Shown here: positions 18,080-26,641 of the stretch, piece by piece
Position numbering within the stretch: position 1 is the stretch's first letter
How the letters are laid out: each line of letters opens with the position of its first letter
IMG/VR virus record: IMGVR_UViG_3300013383_000028
Location: 1-64,000 of that record
Source: a virus
Taxonomy: Duplodnaviria; Caudoviricetes
Reading direction: 5' to 3' (one strand)
Length of the DNA: 64,000 nt
Made by a program: the position numbers and the translations under genes
The notes under the pieces: model-generated
The model's input: only the letters and a program-made list of their open reading frames with translations
Told to the model about the DNA's origin: nothing
The model's database searches: none

Positions 18080-18512
18080 CGTCATCATCCCATGCCTGCG
18101 GTGCAGTGTCGATGCAAAGCTGCGTAGATGCGGTGATGGCTACCGCGTCGTCTGTCCCCAATGCGGCCTGAAGGGCGCACGGAAATGCGAAAACGCACGC
18201 GTAGGACGCGGTAAAGCGAAGCAGTTGGCTATCCGGAAGTGGAACCAAATGCAACGCAACATCATTGATGCTGCGATCGAGGCACGATACTGGGGGCATT
18301 TGAAGCCGCCGTTTGGAAATAACTTGTGCAGTTTCATCTACAGAGGTTTTGCCTCAACCGTCAGGTATGACGTTGACGACAATCTGTATGTTGGATGGAT
18401 TGTGGGAATTAAAGACACGGTGGCATTCCACGGCCGGACACTCAACGAATGTGCCCATTCATTCGAAAGGGCCGTGGACAAATATCTGAGGATGATACTG
18501 GAGGAACGGTAA
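18066..18512 (+). CDS. Lar-like Zn finger fused to a HicB-like domain
   Basis: PCLRC...CPQCG...KWN then YRGFASTVRYDVDDNLYVGWIVGIKDTVAFHG...FERAVDKYL. Confidence 0.65.
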   Translation: MKMNDVIIPCLRCSVDAKLRRCGDGYRVVCPQCGLKGARKCENARVGRGKAKQLAIRKWNQMQRNIIDAAIEARYWGHLKPPFGNNLCSFIYRGFASTVRYDVDDNLYVGWIVGIKDTVAFHGRTLNECAHSFERAVDKYLRMILEER

Positions 18513-18703
18513 TGGTAGACTGTTGCGGAACCTGCGCATTTCACGAATGCCAGAAAGGGTATCTTTACCCGCACCGGTGCAAAAAGCACAAAGGCGAACG
18601 ATTTTCAGAAGTCGAGTGGCGGCGCATCGTGTACAGTCTGTACAAATGCGGCGAGTTCAAAAGAGTTGATGCTACTGGTGATGCAGCGGATAAGAGGCAG
18701 TGA
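18512..18703 (+). CDS. Hypothetical Cys-rich protein
   Basis: CCGTCAFH...C. Confidence 0.6.
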   Translation: MVDCCGTCAFHECQKGYLYPHRCKKHKGERFSEVEWRRIVYSLYKCGEFKRVDATGDAADKRQ

Positions 18704-18708
18704 ATCCT

Positions 18709-18902
18709 ATGGAAACGGCCAACTGGATCGTCACGGACGAATGCAAGCCGGGTGTGCAGCGGTATTGGGAGACGTGCTCAAAATGTGGACAAAAAAATGG
18801 TTCTTCAACTATATCGACGCACGGAATCTGAAACAAAGGTATCCGCTCTGCGAGTGCGGGGCGAAAATCATTGGTGTGGAAGAAAGGTTTGAATTTGAAT
18901 GA
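18709..18902 (+). pseudogene. Zn-ribbon gene split by a frameshift at an A7 tract
   Basis: METANW...CSKCGQK in one frame continues as KWFF...CECGAKI in the -1 frame at 18791-18797. Confidence 0.5.
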
Positions 18903-19327
18903 CACTGCGCGAAGCAATTAGGCAGTATGCTGGCTTCCCACCGAAAGAAAACTTTGACTTTCCGGTGGAAAGCATTGGACCGTACATCATTGCCTTTGCG
19001 TCAAACTATAAGCGGGAAGAAAACCGGCAATCCTTCACGATAAAAATCAGATATGGTGTCAATACGTTCTCTGACTACGCTGGTCGTGTTGGATTCAGTG
19101 ATGGACTGCCGGGGCGGCTATACAAAGCAAAAATTGACGTAACTGCGCTGTTGGACGCTGACAATATCATTAAGCCAAACAAGGAAGGCTGTTTCGTTGT
19201 GGATGATCGTATTACAGACGAACTGAAAATTGAGAAAATTGAAGTCGGCCCCATTTCACTTGTTGCGGTATTCGACGGGAAGGAGATTGACAGCACATGG
19301 ATAGATACATTAACGCGACCAGATTGA
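18899..19327 (+). CDS. Hypothetical phage protein
   Basis: ATGA coupling. Confidence 0.6.
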   Translation: MTLREAIRQYAGFPPKENFDFPVESIGPYIIAFASNYKREENRQSFTIKIRYGVNTFSDYAGRVGFSDGLPGRLYKAKIDVTALLDADNIIKPNKEGCFVVDDRITDELKIEKIEVGPISLVAVFDGKEIDSTWIDTLTRPD

Positions 19328-19677
19328 TTGCGAGCATTGACGAAGACCTTGAATCAATGCGGAAAGAAGATGGCAAGCTGCCGGACACGGAGGATGTCGA
19401 TGAATTGCTTCGATTCAGGAGCAAACTGGCATCCGCACCGGAAGCCCCAATTAGGGATTATCGTCCAGAGAACGCACCGTTTGTGACGGCTAACGGCAAT
19501 CCCGTTGGACTTCTGAAAAGCATATGGCCCGATATTACTGAAATTGTAATTTCGACCAGCTACTGCGGATGCGAGTTTGTAAACGGTGAACTTGCATCGG
19601 TAGAAATTCTGAAAGAACCTTTGGATAAATGGGAGGAACGATATGGTAAAGCTATCGACGATTCAAAAGCACAATAA
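19297..19677 (+). CDS. Hypothetical phage protein
   Basis: MDRYINATRLI... N-terminus typical of phage accessory genes. Confidence 0.6.
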   Translation: MDRYINATRLIASIDEDLESMRKEDGKLPDTEDVDELLRFRSKLASAPEAPIRDYRPENAPFVTANGNPVGLLKSIWPDITEIVISTSYCGCEFVNGELASVEILKEPLDKWEERYGKAIDDSKAQ

Positions 19678-20002
19678 CCCGCACGCCATCCTTCGGAGTG
19701 ATAACGAAGGACCCGGAGGTGGCTATCACGATTACACTGTGATGGATGTGGACAGAAAAAGTGTGATTACACAGATAAAATTTCAGAAAGGCGCTCGAAA
19801 CGACCCGAATGCGCGTCACGGTGTTTTGGACGCTGACCTTCTGGAAGTTGTGCGCGACAGGCTGACGGCTTTCAACAAGGGTGAGTTTGCCACGCGGGAG
19901 AACGCCTGCGCGATCACGCATATTGAAGAAGCCCTCATGTGGATGGCGAAACGCGCCGATGACCGGGCAGAGCGCGGCGTGCTGGGGACGTATAACAAAT
20001 GA
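19643..20002 (+). CDS. tad1: Tad1-family anti-defence signal sponge
   Basis: KLSTIQK, GPGGGYHDY, IKFQKGAR, HGVLDADLLEVVRDRL, RENACAITHIEEALMWM, ERGVLGT closely match Tad1 as recalled. Confidence 0.9.
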   Translation: MVKLSTIQKHNNPHAILRSDNEGPGGGYHDYTVMDVDRKSVITQIKFQKGARNDPNARHGVLDADLLEVVRDRLTAFNKGEFATRENACAITHIEEALMWMAKRADDRAERGVLGTYNK

Positions 20003-20313
20003 GAGAAGATGAAGCTAAGACCATTTTTGTATGCAACACACTCACCGGCGGCATCTATGAGGTGAAAAAAGGGTTTGGCATCGACGAGACGAGCATCCGA
20101 CAGATTCAAAAACGTGCGAAAGCGCGCGGAGAAGAATATATGGCTGTTGTACTTCCGGGCGATGTAAAGCATGATGATATCGAGAAATTAGCCAATGCCG
20201 TTGCGGATTGGAGACGATTTCAAGATACCAGACTCTCAGAATGCGTGTATGGAACACCAGAAGCGATTGAAATCCTGACGGCTGGAATGGAGAAACCGGA
20301 TGGCGAAACATAA
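19999..20313 (+). CDS. Hypothetical phage protein
   Basis: ATGA coupling. Confidence 0.6.
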   Translation: MREDEAKTIFVCNTLTGGIYEVKKGFGIDETSIRQIQKRAKARGEEYMAVVLPGDVKHDDIEKLANAVADWRRFQDTRLSECVYGTPEAIEILTAGMEKPDGET

Positions 20314-20704
20314 CCAACAATGGCGCGATGCCAGATGGAAGCAGAAAAAACGTCAGAGGGACGCTGAAAGCAAGCGACGGGAATTGGAACTGTCAGAATT
20401 TGCACGGCAGGCGGACGAAGCGCTTGAGCATATGCGGCAATTATCCGATCGGGCGGAGCCGATGATAGAAAGACTTGATTTTTTGAAGGAAATCGGGCCG
20501 GGAGTCAACTTCGCGGAGATACTGGAAGGAACCAAGTACAGATTCGTTTCGCAGAAGTACAACGGCGATGGGACATACGATGTCACATTCGAGGTGGATG
20601 TACTGAGCAACGACAGTAAACACGAAAAAGTTGGCACGCTGACAGCGACTGCGCTCAGCGTGTCGTATATCGCCGGGATGTTGGAAATTCATGGCCGGTA
20701 TTGA
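20300..20704 (+). CDS. Protein with an N-terminal arginine-rich motif (candidate late regulator)
   Basis: AKHNQQWRDARWKQKKRQRDAESKRRELE; last gene before the late promoter. Confidence 0.65.
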   Translation: MAKHNQQWRDARWKQKKRQRDAESKRRELELSEFARQADEALEHMRQLSDRAEPMIERLDFLKEIGPGVNFAEILEGTKYRFVSQKYNGDGTYDVTFEVDVLSNDSKHEKVGTLTATALSVSYIAGMLEIHGRY

Positions 20705-20734
20705 ACAATCGAAAATAAACTTATGCAACTTCTC

Positions 20735-20763
20735 TTGCATTTTCGCTGACTATATGGTATAAT
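20735..20763 (+). promoter_or_regulatory. Late-operon sigma-A promoter
   Basis: TTGCAT-17bp-TATAAT with extended -10 TG. Confidence 0.8.
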
Positions 20764-20789
20764 TAAACAAAATAAACAGAGGTGCTTAC

Positions 20790-20843
20790 GCACTGTTCCG
20801 GTGCTTTCTCCTACGGGAGAGGTATCGGAACAGCGCTTTTTTT
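20790..20843 (+). terminator. Leader terminator between the late promoter and terS
   Basis: About 21-bp stem with a C(UACG)G tetraloop followed by T7. Confidence 0.8.
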
Positions 20844-20859
20844 CGTTTTTGGAGGGAAA

Positions 20860-21807
20860 ATGGGCGAAAACGTCAGCGAACTGGAACAACAAGAATATTA
20901 TGCGCAGCTTGCAAAAAAGACGTCAGAAAGCCTTGCGTATTTCTACTGCTGCGTCAAATATGACGTTCCGTTTGCGCGTGACTGCGTGCCGCGAGATAAC
21001 GGCCGCGACAAGTGGCTCTCGTACCTCGACAACCTCCATATCAAAAAGCTGGACGTCAGCAAGAGCGGAGAACGATACGGTTTTCTTGACGGCCTGACCG
21101 ATATCACAAAAATCTTCGGCGAGGGGCTGAAAGACGGTGAGTTCACAAAGGCTGTATACGCCGAAAAGAACGCACAGACGGCAAAGGCCGGAACGGTGAG
21201 ACAGCGGAAGGACTGGGGAACCGGAAACGAAGATCATCCGTATACGAATGAAGACTATGCGGAGTTCGACAGGATTTACACAATCCTCGCGTCAGACCTT
21301 GGAGGAGAAGACGCACTGAGTGCAAAGCAGCAGCTCATTCTCCGCAACGTGTCCAAATGGACGAAACAAATGAACGATGCTTCTGATGCTGGAAAATTCG
21401 ATGCAGCAAGAAAGCTGTCGGCCATCATTCAGGAAAACTTGGCGAGTGATAACCTCAGAAAGCGCGATGCCAAACCGGTAGAGGAAATCCGGATTGACGG
21501 AATTACTGAACGGCTCGAAAAGGCTGGCTTGATGAAGAACGGTAAACCGGTAGACCCCGATACTGCATTTGAGCTGCTTTTCCACCGAAGACCTAAATAC
21601 TCTTACACGAAAGACGCGGCAGAGCAGATGCTTCTCGCAATTATCAACACGTCGCGTATGAACGATTCGCTTCCAGAGTTCTCGACGCTGCCAGATAGCG
21701 CGAGAATCAAAGATGATCTCCACGAGTTTGCGGAAGAACCAAATGAAATGGAGAAAATCGCATATGAAGGGTTCGGCTATGTGAAAATGCCGCCCGCGAA
21801 GGGGTGA
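20860..21807 (+). CDS. Probable terminase small subunit
   Basis: First late gene, directly before TerL; GGAGGG RBS; positional call. Confidence 0.55.
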   Translation: MGENVSELEQQEYYAQLAKKTSESLAYFYCCVKYDVPFARDCVPRDNGRDKWLSYLDNLHIKKLDVSKSGERYGFLDGLTDITKIFGEGLKDGEFTKAVYAEKNAQTAKAGTVRQRKDWGTGNEDHPYTNEDYAEFDRIYTILASDLGGEDALSAKQQLILRNVSKWTKQMNDASDAGKFDAARKLSAIIQENLASDNLRKRDAKPVEEIRIDGITERLEKAGLMKNGKPVDPDTAFELLFHRRPKYSYTKDAAEQMLLAIINTSRMNDSLPEFSTLPDSARIKDDLHEFAEEPNEMEKIAYEGFGYVKMPPAKG

Positions 21808-21816
21808 TGCTAGGTT

Positions 21817-23688
21817 ATGGCGAGACGTTACGGTAAGGCGTGGGCGCCGGGCCTACAATCATAAGGCGTTGGATGGATAAGTAAACGCGAAGTTGAACAA
21901 CGCGATTACAGCAACTTTGAAAATGATTTTTGGTGTCTTCTGATTTGGGTCGGAAGATTCTTCCCAGATATCCTTGCGGATGTGCTCCGCGCCGATGACG
22001 CGGACTACAAGACACTTGAAATTGTGCAGCGCGTCATGCTGCGTGCAAATGCGCGGTATCAGGACGTGGCAATCACGGGAACCCGTGGACTGAGCAAGAC
22101 CTATTCGGAAATGCTTGGCGAGGAAATCAATGGTGTCGTTTGGCCGGGTACGAGAGTCCTGTATACTGGTCCGGCACTAAAGCAACTGTCGGATATTGGA
22201 AGCAAAACACACGCAGACTTGGCAAAAAGCTATCCGTGCATTACAAAACACTGGCGCATTGCGGCAGAAAGTAAAGACGATTTCAAAATCACGACGGATT
22301 ATGGGTCATCCTTCTACATAGGGGCAAAACGTGGCGACAACCTTCACGCTGTTATCGCAGAAGAGTTTGCGCAGGAAGAACAACCGGCCTTTGACTTCAA
22401 TGAATATACGACGGTCGCGCTTCCTGCCGTTCGATTGGCGCATAACGTAAACGGTGAGAAGGACGAAAACTTCGTAGCGTATAAAAACCACTCGATCACC
22501 AGCGCAGGGAGAAAGCAGAATCACGCATTCTTGGTTCGCTGTGAAGTGAGAAAAGGGATGCGGAACGGAGACAGCAGCTTCCAAATGGATGTCCCGTATC
22601 AATGCGTAATCCTTCAACAGATGCGTCCCTACTCATGGGCACAGAAGCTGAAATCGAAGCTTACCCCTGAACGCTGGATGCGTGAGATGGAAAGCCGGTA
22701 CACCGGCGCAGATGAGTATCCGATCATTTCAGATGAGAGCCTTTCCGAGAGTTGCTGCTTGCAGAGCATGGAACGGCAGCACTGCTGCAAGTATCCCGGC
22801 TGCAGGACAGACCCGAAGGACGTCATATACATTGTCTGCTACGACGTTTCCTATGAGGATGCCAAGAAGAATGCAAAATGCGCTGTTGGCGTTTGGAAAC
22901 TCACTAAACAGGAAGACTTCCTCAAGCGAGACAGATACCTGAAACAGCTCGTGTGGCTGGACGATTGGCCACCACCTGATAATGCCATGAAGCAAGCACG
23001 CCGGTTGAAAGACGTATGGTATCGATTCTGCTTTGAAGGCGGAAATACTACGTATATCGCAATCGACGGCTGGCAATACGGCAAGGCCGTCATCGAAGAC
23101 CTGATGAAAGACCTCGGCGATGGATTGCCGCCACTGTGCATCTTAGACCACACAGAGTACACAGCGCTGGAACTTGACGGTGCACTTCCAATCATTTATC
23201 CGATCAAGGCCGGCGGCAGTGGTGTCACCGACCCGGATGCAGAGATGATCAGGTACGCGCAGACGCAGTTCGATAACCACAATGTGCAGCTTCTCACAAT
23301 GAACACCCGTGAGGGCGTAGAAGCGTACAAGCGGCTTCATAAGATCAAGGACGATGATCTGGATTATCAGATTGCACGGCCATATCAAAAGACCAGAGAA
23401 CTGTCTGGACAGATACAAAACCTGAAGGCCGTGCCGTCAGGCGCTGGTATCAGCGAGAAACGAATTTCCCGCGCAATACAGAGAGACAGCTGGTCGGCAA
23501 TCAAGTACGGACTGCGGCTCTCACAGAAGCTGGAACGTGAGCTTGCGTTGAGCGAGGTCAAGAAAAAAAGCGACTGGGACGCAGCTCTTTCAAAATATAA
23601 AGGCATGGACACCGTTCGCAACGTCGGTGGAAGACAGAATGCGGGCGGACGAATGGTGACGCAGAGACGCGGAGGAAGGATATTCTGA
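21817..23688 (+). CDS. terL: Terminase large subunit, interrupted by an in-frame TAA at 21862-21864
   Basis: Walker A GTRGLSKT, Walker B VIAEE, ITSAG, nuclease YDVS and IAIDG, RDSWSA; the frame extends from 21982 upstream to ATG 21817 with one TAA. Confidence 0.88.
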
Positions 23689-24068
23689 TGGCTGAAGAGA
23701 AGGTTTATCGGTTGTATGCTCTGCGGGTTACGCAGGAATCCGTTGAAACGGCCATGATGGCGCGGTTCAGCAGAATCGCACCGGGATACATCCTGATTTA
23801 TACGGCCGGTGAACAGCCGAAGAATAGCCTTGAAGTAAAGGGCGATGACGTAAACCGTCTTTCCAAAGCCGATGAGGATTGGATCATGTCATGTGCGGCG
23901 GCGCTCCTGCGGGAACGGCTGAAAAAAGAAAAACCGCAGACGATGGAAAATCTGAGCCGAATGGTAGACCAATTTGCGGCAGCGCTGGAAGCCGAACGAG
24001 AGAAACTTGGCGGCACAAATGAGAAGGGAGCAAAAGACCATGGCGATAGAGACGAGCGAACTCAGTAA
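23688..24068 (+). CDS. Hypothetical protein between terL and portal
   Basis: Coupled ORF. Confidence 0.65.
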   Translation: MAEEKVYRLYALRVTQESVETAMMARFSRIAPGYILIYTAGEQPKNSLEVKGDDVNRLSKADEDWIMSCAAALLRERLKKEKPQTMENLSRMVDQFAAALEAEREKLGGTNEKGAKDHGDRDERTQ

Positions 24069-25791
24069 GCTTCAATATGAGTCTTTTCCCGAGATCTTTA
24101 GCCGATTTCGCAGACTCGCGGCAGAAAATCAGGGCGTGCCGATGGCATCCATCACGTCTGCATTTTCTGGGATAAACTCTGGCCGGTACGGAATGGCGAA
24201 TCCGTACATTCAGAACCGGCGTGTCAAGCAGATATCCTCCTTGCCAGTCAATTTCACCAAGGATAAAGTCGGTGAAATGTTGACAAAGCCTTATGAGAGT
24301 GAACAGCCGCTCCGGCAGGTGGCGCATATCCTTGAGTATACGGCATACCCGCTTTTCCATATTCGCAAAGTCTATCAGGAAATGTTGACGTATCACAGCT
24401 ATGTGATACCGAAACTGGTTGACTCGGCCGATACCAAAAAGGACGAGTTCATGCGGGAATGGAAGCTGCTCGAGAAACTTCGCGAAGCGTTCAATCCAAA
24501 GGAAACCGCGCACCAGATCGTCGGGCAGGTCGGCGTAGAAGGAAAGGTTTTCTACTATCCGAGATACGGTGTCGACAAGAGCCACAACAAGGTCAACTAC
24601 GCATTCATGCAGCAACTGCCGAGTGACTGGACGAAGATTACTGGCTACAACAGCGTATCAAAGTACACGGTTGCATTCAACATGATGTACTTCCTGCAGC
24701 CCGGATGCGTACCGGAACAGTTTGGAGATCTGTTTACTCCGTATCTGTATGATTTCAGCAGCGTTGTGCAGAAGCCGAAAGGCGTCGGATCGACAATGGT
24801 CTTCGCGCAGAAGACGCGCGTTGATATGCAGAAATTCCAGCGCATCCAAGCACAGGGCGATATGCCGGGAAAGCCGGATGTCTATTACCAGAATGGGCGC
24901 TGGTACTACTGGGTGTACCTGCCGGCAGATGAAGTCTTCACCTTTGAAGCTGATGATGTGAGCCGCACGGCGATTTCGCCGTTTGCAGGACTGTTCCTGA
25001 ACATGATCCAGCTCGCGCAGATGGAACAGATCCAGTTGGAGTTGATTCAGAACCCGTTGGTGAGCATCTTGCACGGCGAGATTCCATACCGAGACGAGAA
25101 AACCGCTACTAGTGATGACCAATACAGACTGAGTAACGCCGGAAGATTGTTCTTTGAAGCTGTCTGGTACGACATGCTTCAAGCGGCCAACACATCTGGC
25201 ATAGGCCTTTTCATGGCACCGCTTCAGTCGATGAAACTTGAATCCTTATCCGAAGCACCTTCCGCAATGGACATCGTGAAGCAGGGCTACAGCGATACCA
25301 TGAGCCAAGCCGGTATGGGCGCAATCATCCCGCTTGGAGACGATCCGAAAGCAGGCACCGCGCAGATCTCGCTTCAGATCGAGAGCAAGTTCATGCAGAC
25401 GGTCTATCGGGGATATGAGCGGATGATGAATGCGATCATCAAAAAGCTCAATCTCAAGTATGATTGGAAGTTCGTCATATTTGGCGATATCTCGGAAGAC
25501 GAAAAGATGCTCGAACGCTGCATGAAGGGCATGGAGCACGGCATTCTACCGGATACCATCATATACAATGCCCTGCTTGACCGGTCGATTCTCGATGATA
25601 TCTGTCTGTCCGACGCGGTATACAACAGCAATATCCTCGACAAGCGTATGCCTCTGATTACCTCGTATAGCGCGTCTCAGGACAAATCCAATTTGCCGCC
25701 GCAGAGTCCCGGACGGCCGAAAGGTGACGGAAGCGCCACAACTGACGGCAGTGAGACCATGATCGATCAATACGGAGGGACAAATGACTGA
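24040..25791 (+). CDS. Portal protein (SPbeta YonE-like position)
   Basis: About 580 aa after TerL; C-terminal PGRP motif. Confidence 0.75.
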   Translation: MAIETSELSKLQYESFPEIFSRFRRLAAENQGVPMASITSAFSGINSGRYGMANPYIQNRRVKQISSLPVNFTKDKVGEMLTKPYESEQPLRQVAHILEYTAYPLFHIRKVYQEMLTYHSYVIPKLVDSADTKKDEFMREWKLLEKLREAFNPKETAHQIVGQVGVEGKVFYYPRYGVDKSHNKVNYAFMQQLPSDWTKITGYNSVSKYTVAFNMMYFLQPGCVPEQFGDLFTPYLYDFSSVVQKPKGVGSTMVFAQKTRVDMQKFQRIQAQGDMPGKPDVYYQNGRWYYWVYLPADEVFTFEADDVSRTAISPFAGLFLNMIQLAQMEQIQLELIQNPLVSILHGEIPYRDEKTATSDDQYRLSNAGRLFFEAVWYDMLQAANTSGIGLFMAPLQSMKLESLSEAPSAMDIVKQGYSDTMSQAGMGAIIPLGDDPKAGTAQISLQIESKFMQTVYRGYERMMNAIIKKLNLKYDWKFVIFGDISEDEKMLERCMKGMEHGILPDTIIYNALLDRSILDDICLSDAVYNSNILDKRMPLITSYSASQDKSNLPPQSPGRPKGDGSATTDGSETMIDQYGGTND

Positions 25792-25963
25792 ATTTGTTAA
25801 ACAAGAAGACCTCCACATTATCAACAGGGCGCTTAATAATAACAGAGATATAAGGATACAACGCACGAAGGACGGTTATCGTATTGTAGAAGACGCGGTA
25901 AAAGTCCTTGTGAAGCGTGATATTGCAAAAAACTCTCCCATCCAAGTCGAAGGCCTGCGCTGA
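25784..25963 (+). CDS. 59-aa protein (not in the ORF track)
   Basis: GGAGG RBS; MTEFVKQEDLHIINRAL... Confidence 0.55.
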   Translation: MTEFVKQEDLHIINRALNNNRDIRIQRTKDGYRIVEDAVKVLVKRDIAKNSPIQVEGLR

Positions 25964-26012
25964 TGCGTGGGGTATTGATTTAGGCGAAGCTGGGAGCATA
26001 TAGAGACACCCA

Positions 26013-26080
26013 CACCGGAGTAGCGGCGTGGAAGAGCTAGTGGAGCTAACGACACAGAAATGTGCCGTTAGCTCTTTTTC
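26013..26080 (+). ncRNA. Conserved dual-hairpin attenuator, copy 1
   Basis: CACCG-GAGTAG-CGGCGTG, GAAGAGCT-AGTGG-AGCT, terminator GAGCTAAC...GTTAGCTC-TTTTT. Confidence 0.7.
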
Positions 26081-26105
26081 ATTTTCACGGAAAGGAGACA
26101 ACGAA

Positions 26106-26639
26106 ATGGCTCGACTGAAAGAACGGTTTGATTTTGAAAACGGTGCGCTTGCGGCTGTGAGAGATGCCGCAAAGGACGTGACCGGCACGTATCAGGATGC
26201 CGCTCGTGGGCTGGATACGCTGAAAGAATGGGTTCTGATTGAACTCGGAATGCCGAATACTGCTGACAAAATTCACAAACTGGCTCATCTTCAAGCTCAT
26301 CGCTTCGATGCCGTCGGAGACCTACTGCACCAGCGTCATATTCTGCAAATCTACCCTGCAACCGCTGAGTACGACGGCCGGCCTGATGATCTGGACGGCG
26401 TATTTGAGTCCATCATCGACATGCTGCAAAAGATCGAAGACACGCTCCGCAAATGCGTGGAAGTCTGCGATGAAAACGGACTTTATCCGCTTGGCCGTGG
26501 CTTTGAGAACCTGCAAATGGAGAACAGCGCCAGCTATGAGAAGTTCCTGTATGCGTGGCAGATGTACTCCGAGCATGAAATGAGCGCGACCAGTTTTGAT
26601 GGATGGATTGAAGAACTCTTCGAGGGAGAGGGTGACTGA
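26106..26639 (+). CDS. Ferritin-like four-helix-bundle protein
   Basis: Helical, His/Glu-rich (KIHKLAHLQAHRFDAVGDLLHQR; ENLQME); GGAGA RBS. Confidence 0.55.
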   Translation: MARLKERFDFENGALAAVRDAAKDVTGTYQDAARGLDTLKEWVLIELGMPNTADKIHKLAHLQAHRFDAVGDLLHQRHILQIYPATAEYDGRPDDLDGVFESIIDMLQKIEDTLRKCVEVCDENGLYPLGRGFENLQMENSASYEKFLYAWQMYSEHEMSATSFDGWIEELFEGEGD

Positions 26640-26641
26640 CG

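Noticed and set aside
26013-26050. Assigning the repeated RNA element to ANTAR, CsrA or a known riboswitch
   Set aside because: The loop register does not give A1/G4 hexaloops with paired stems, only one copy has ANGGA, and no riboswitch core was recognised; it needs an Rfam search.
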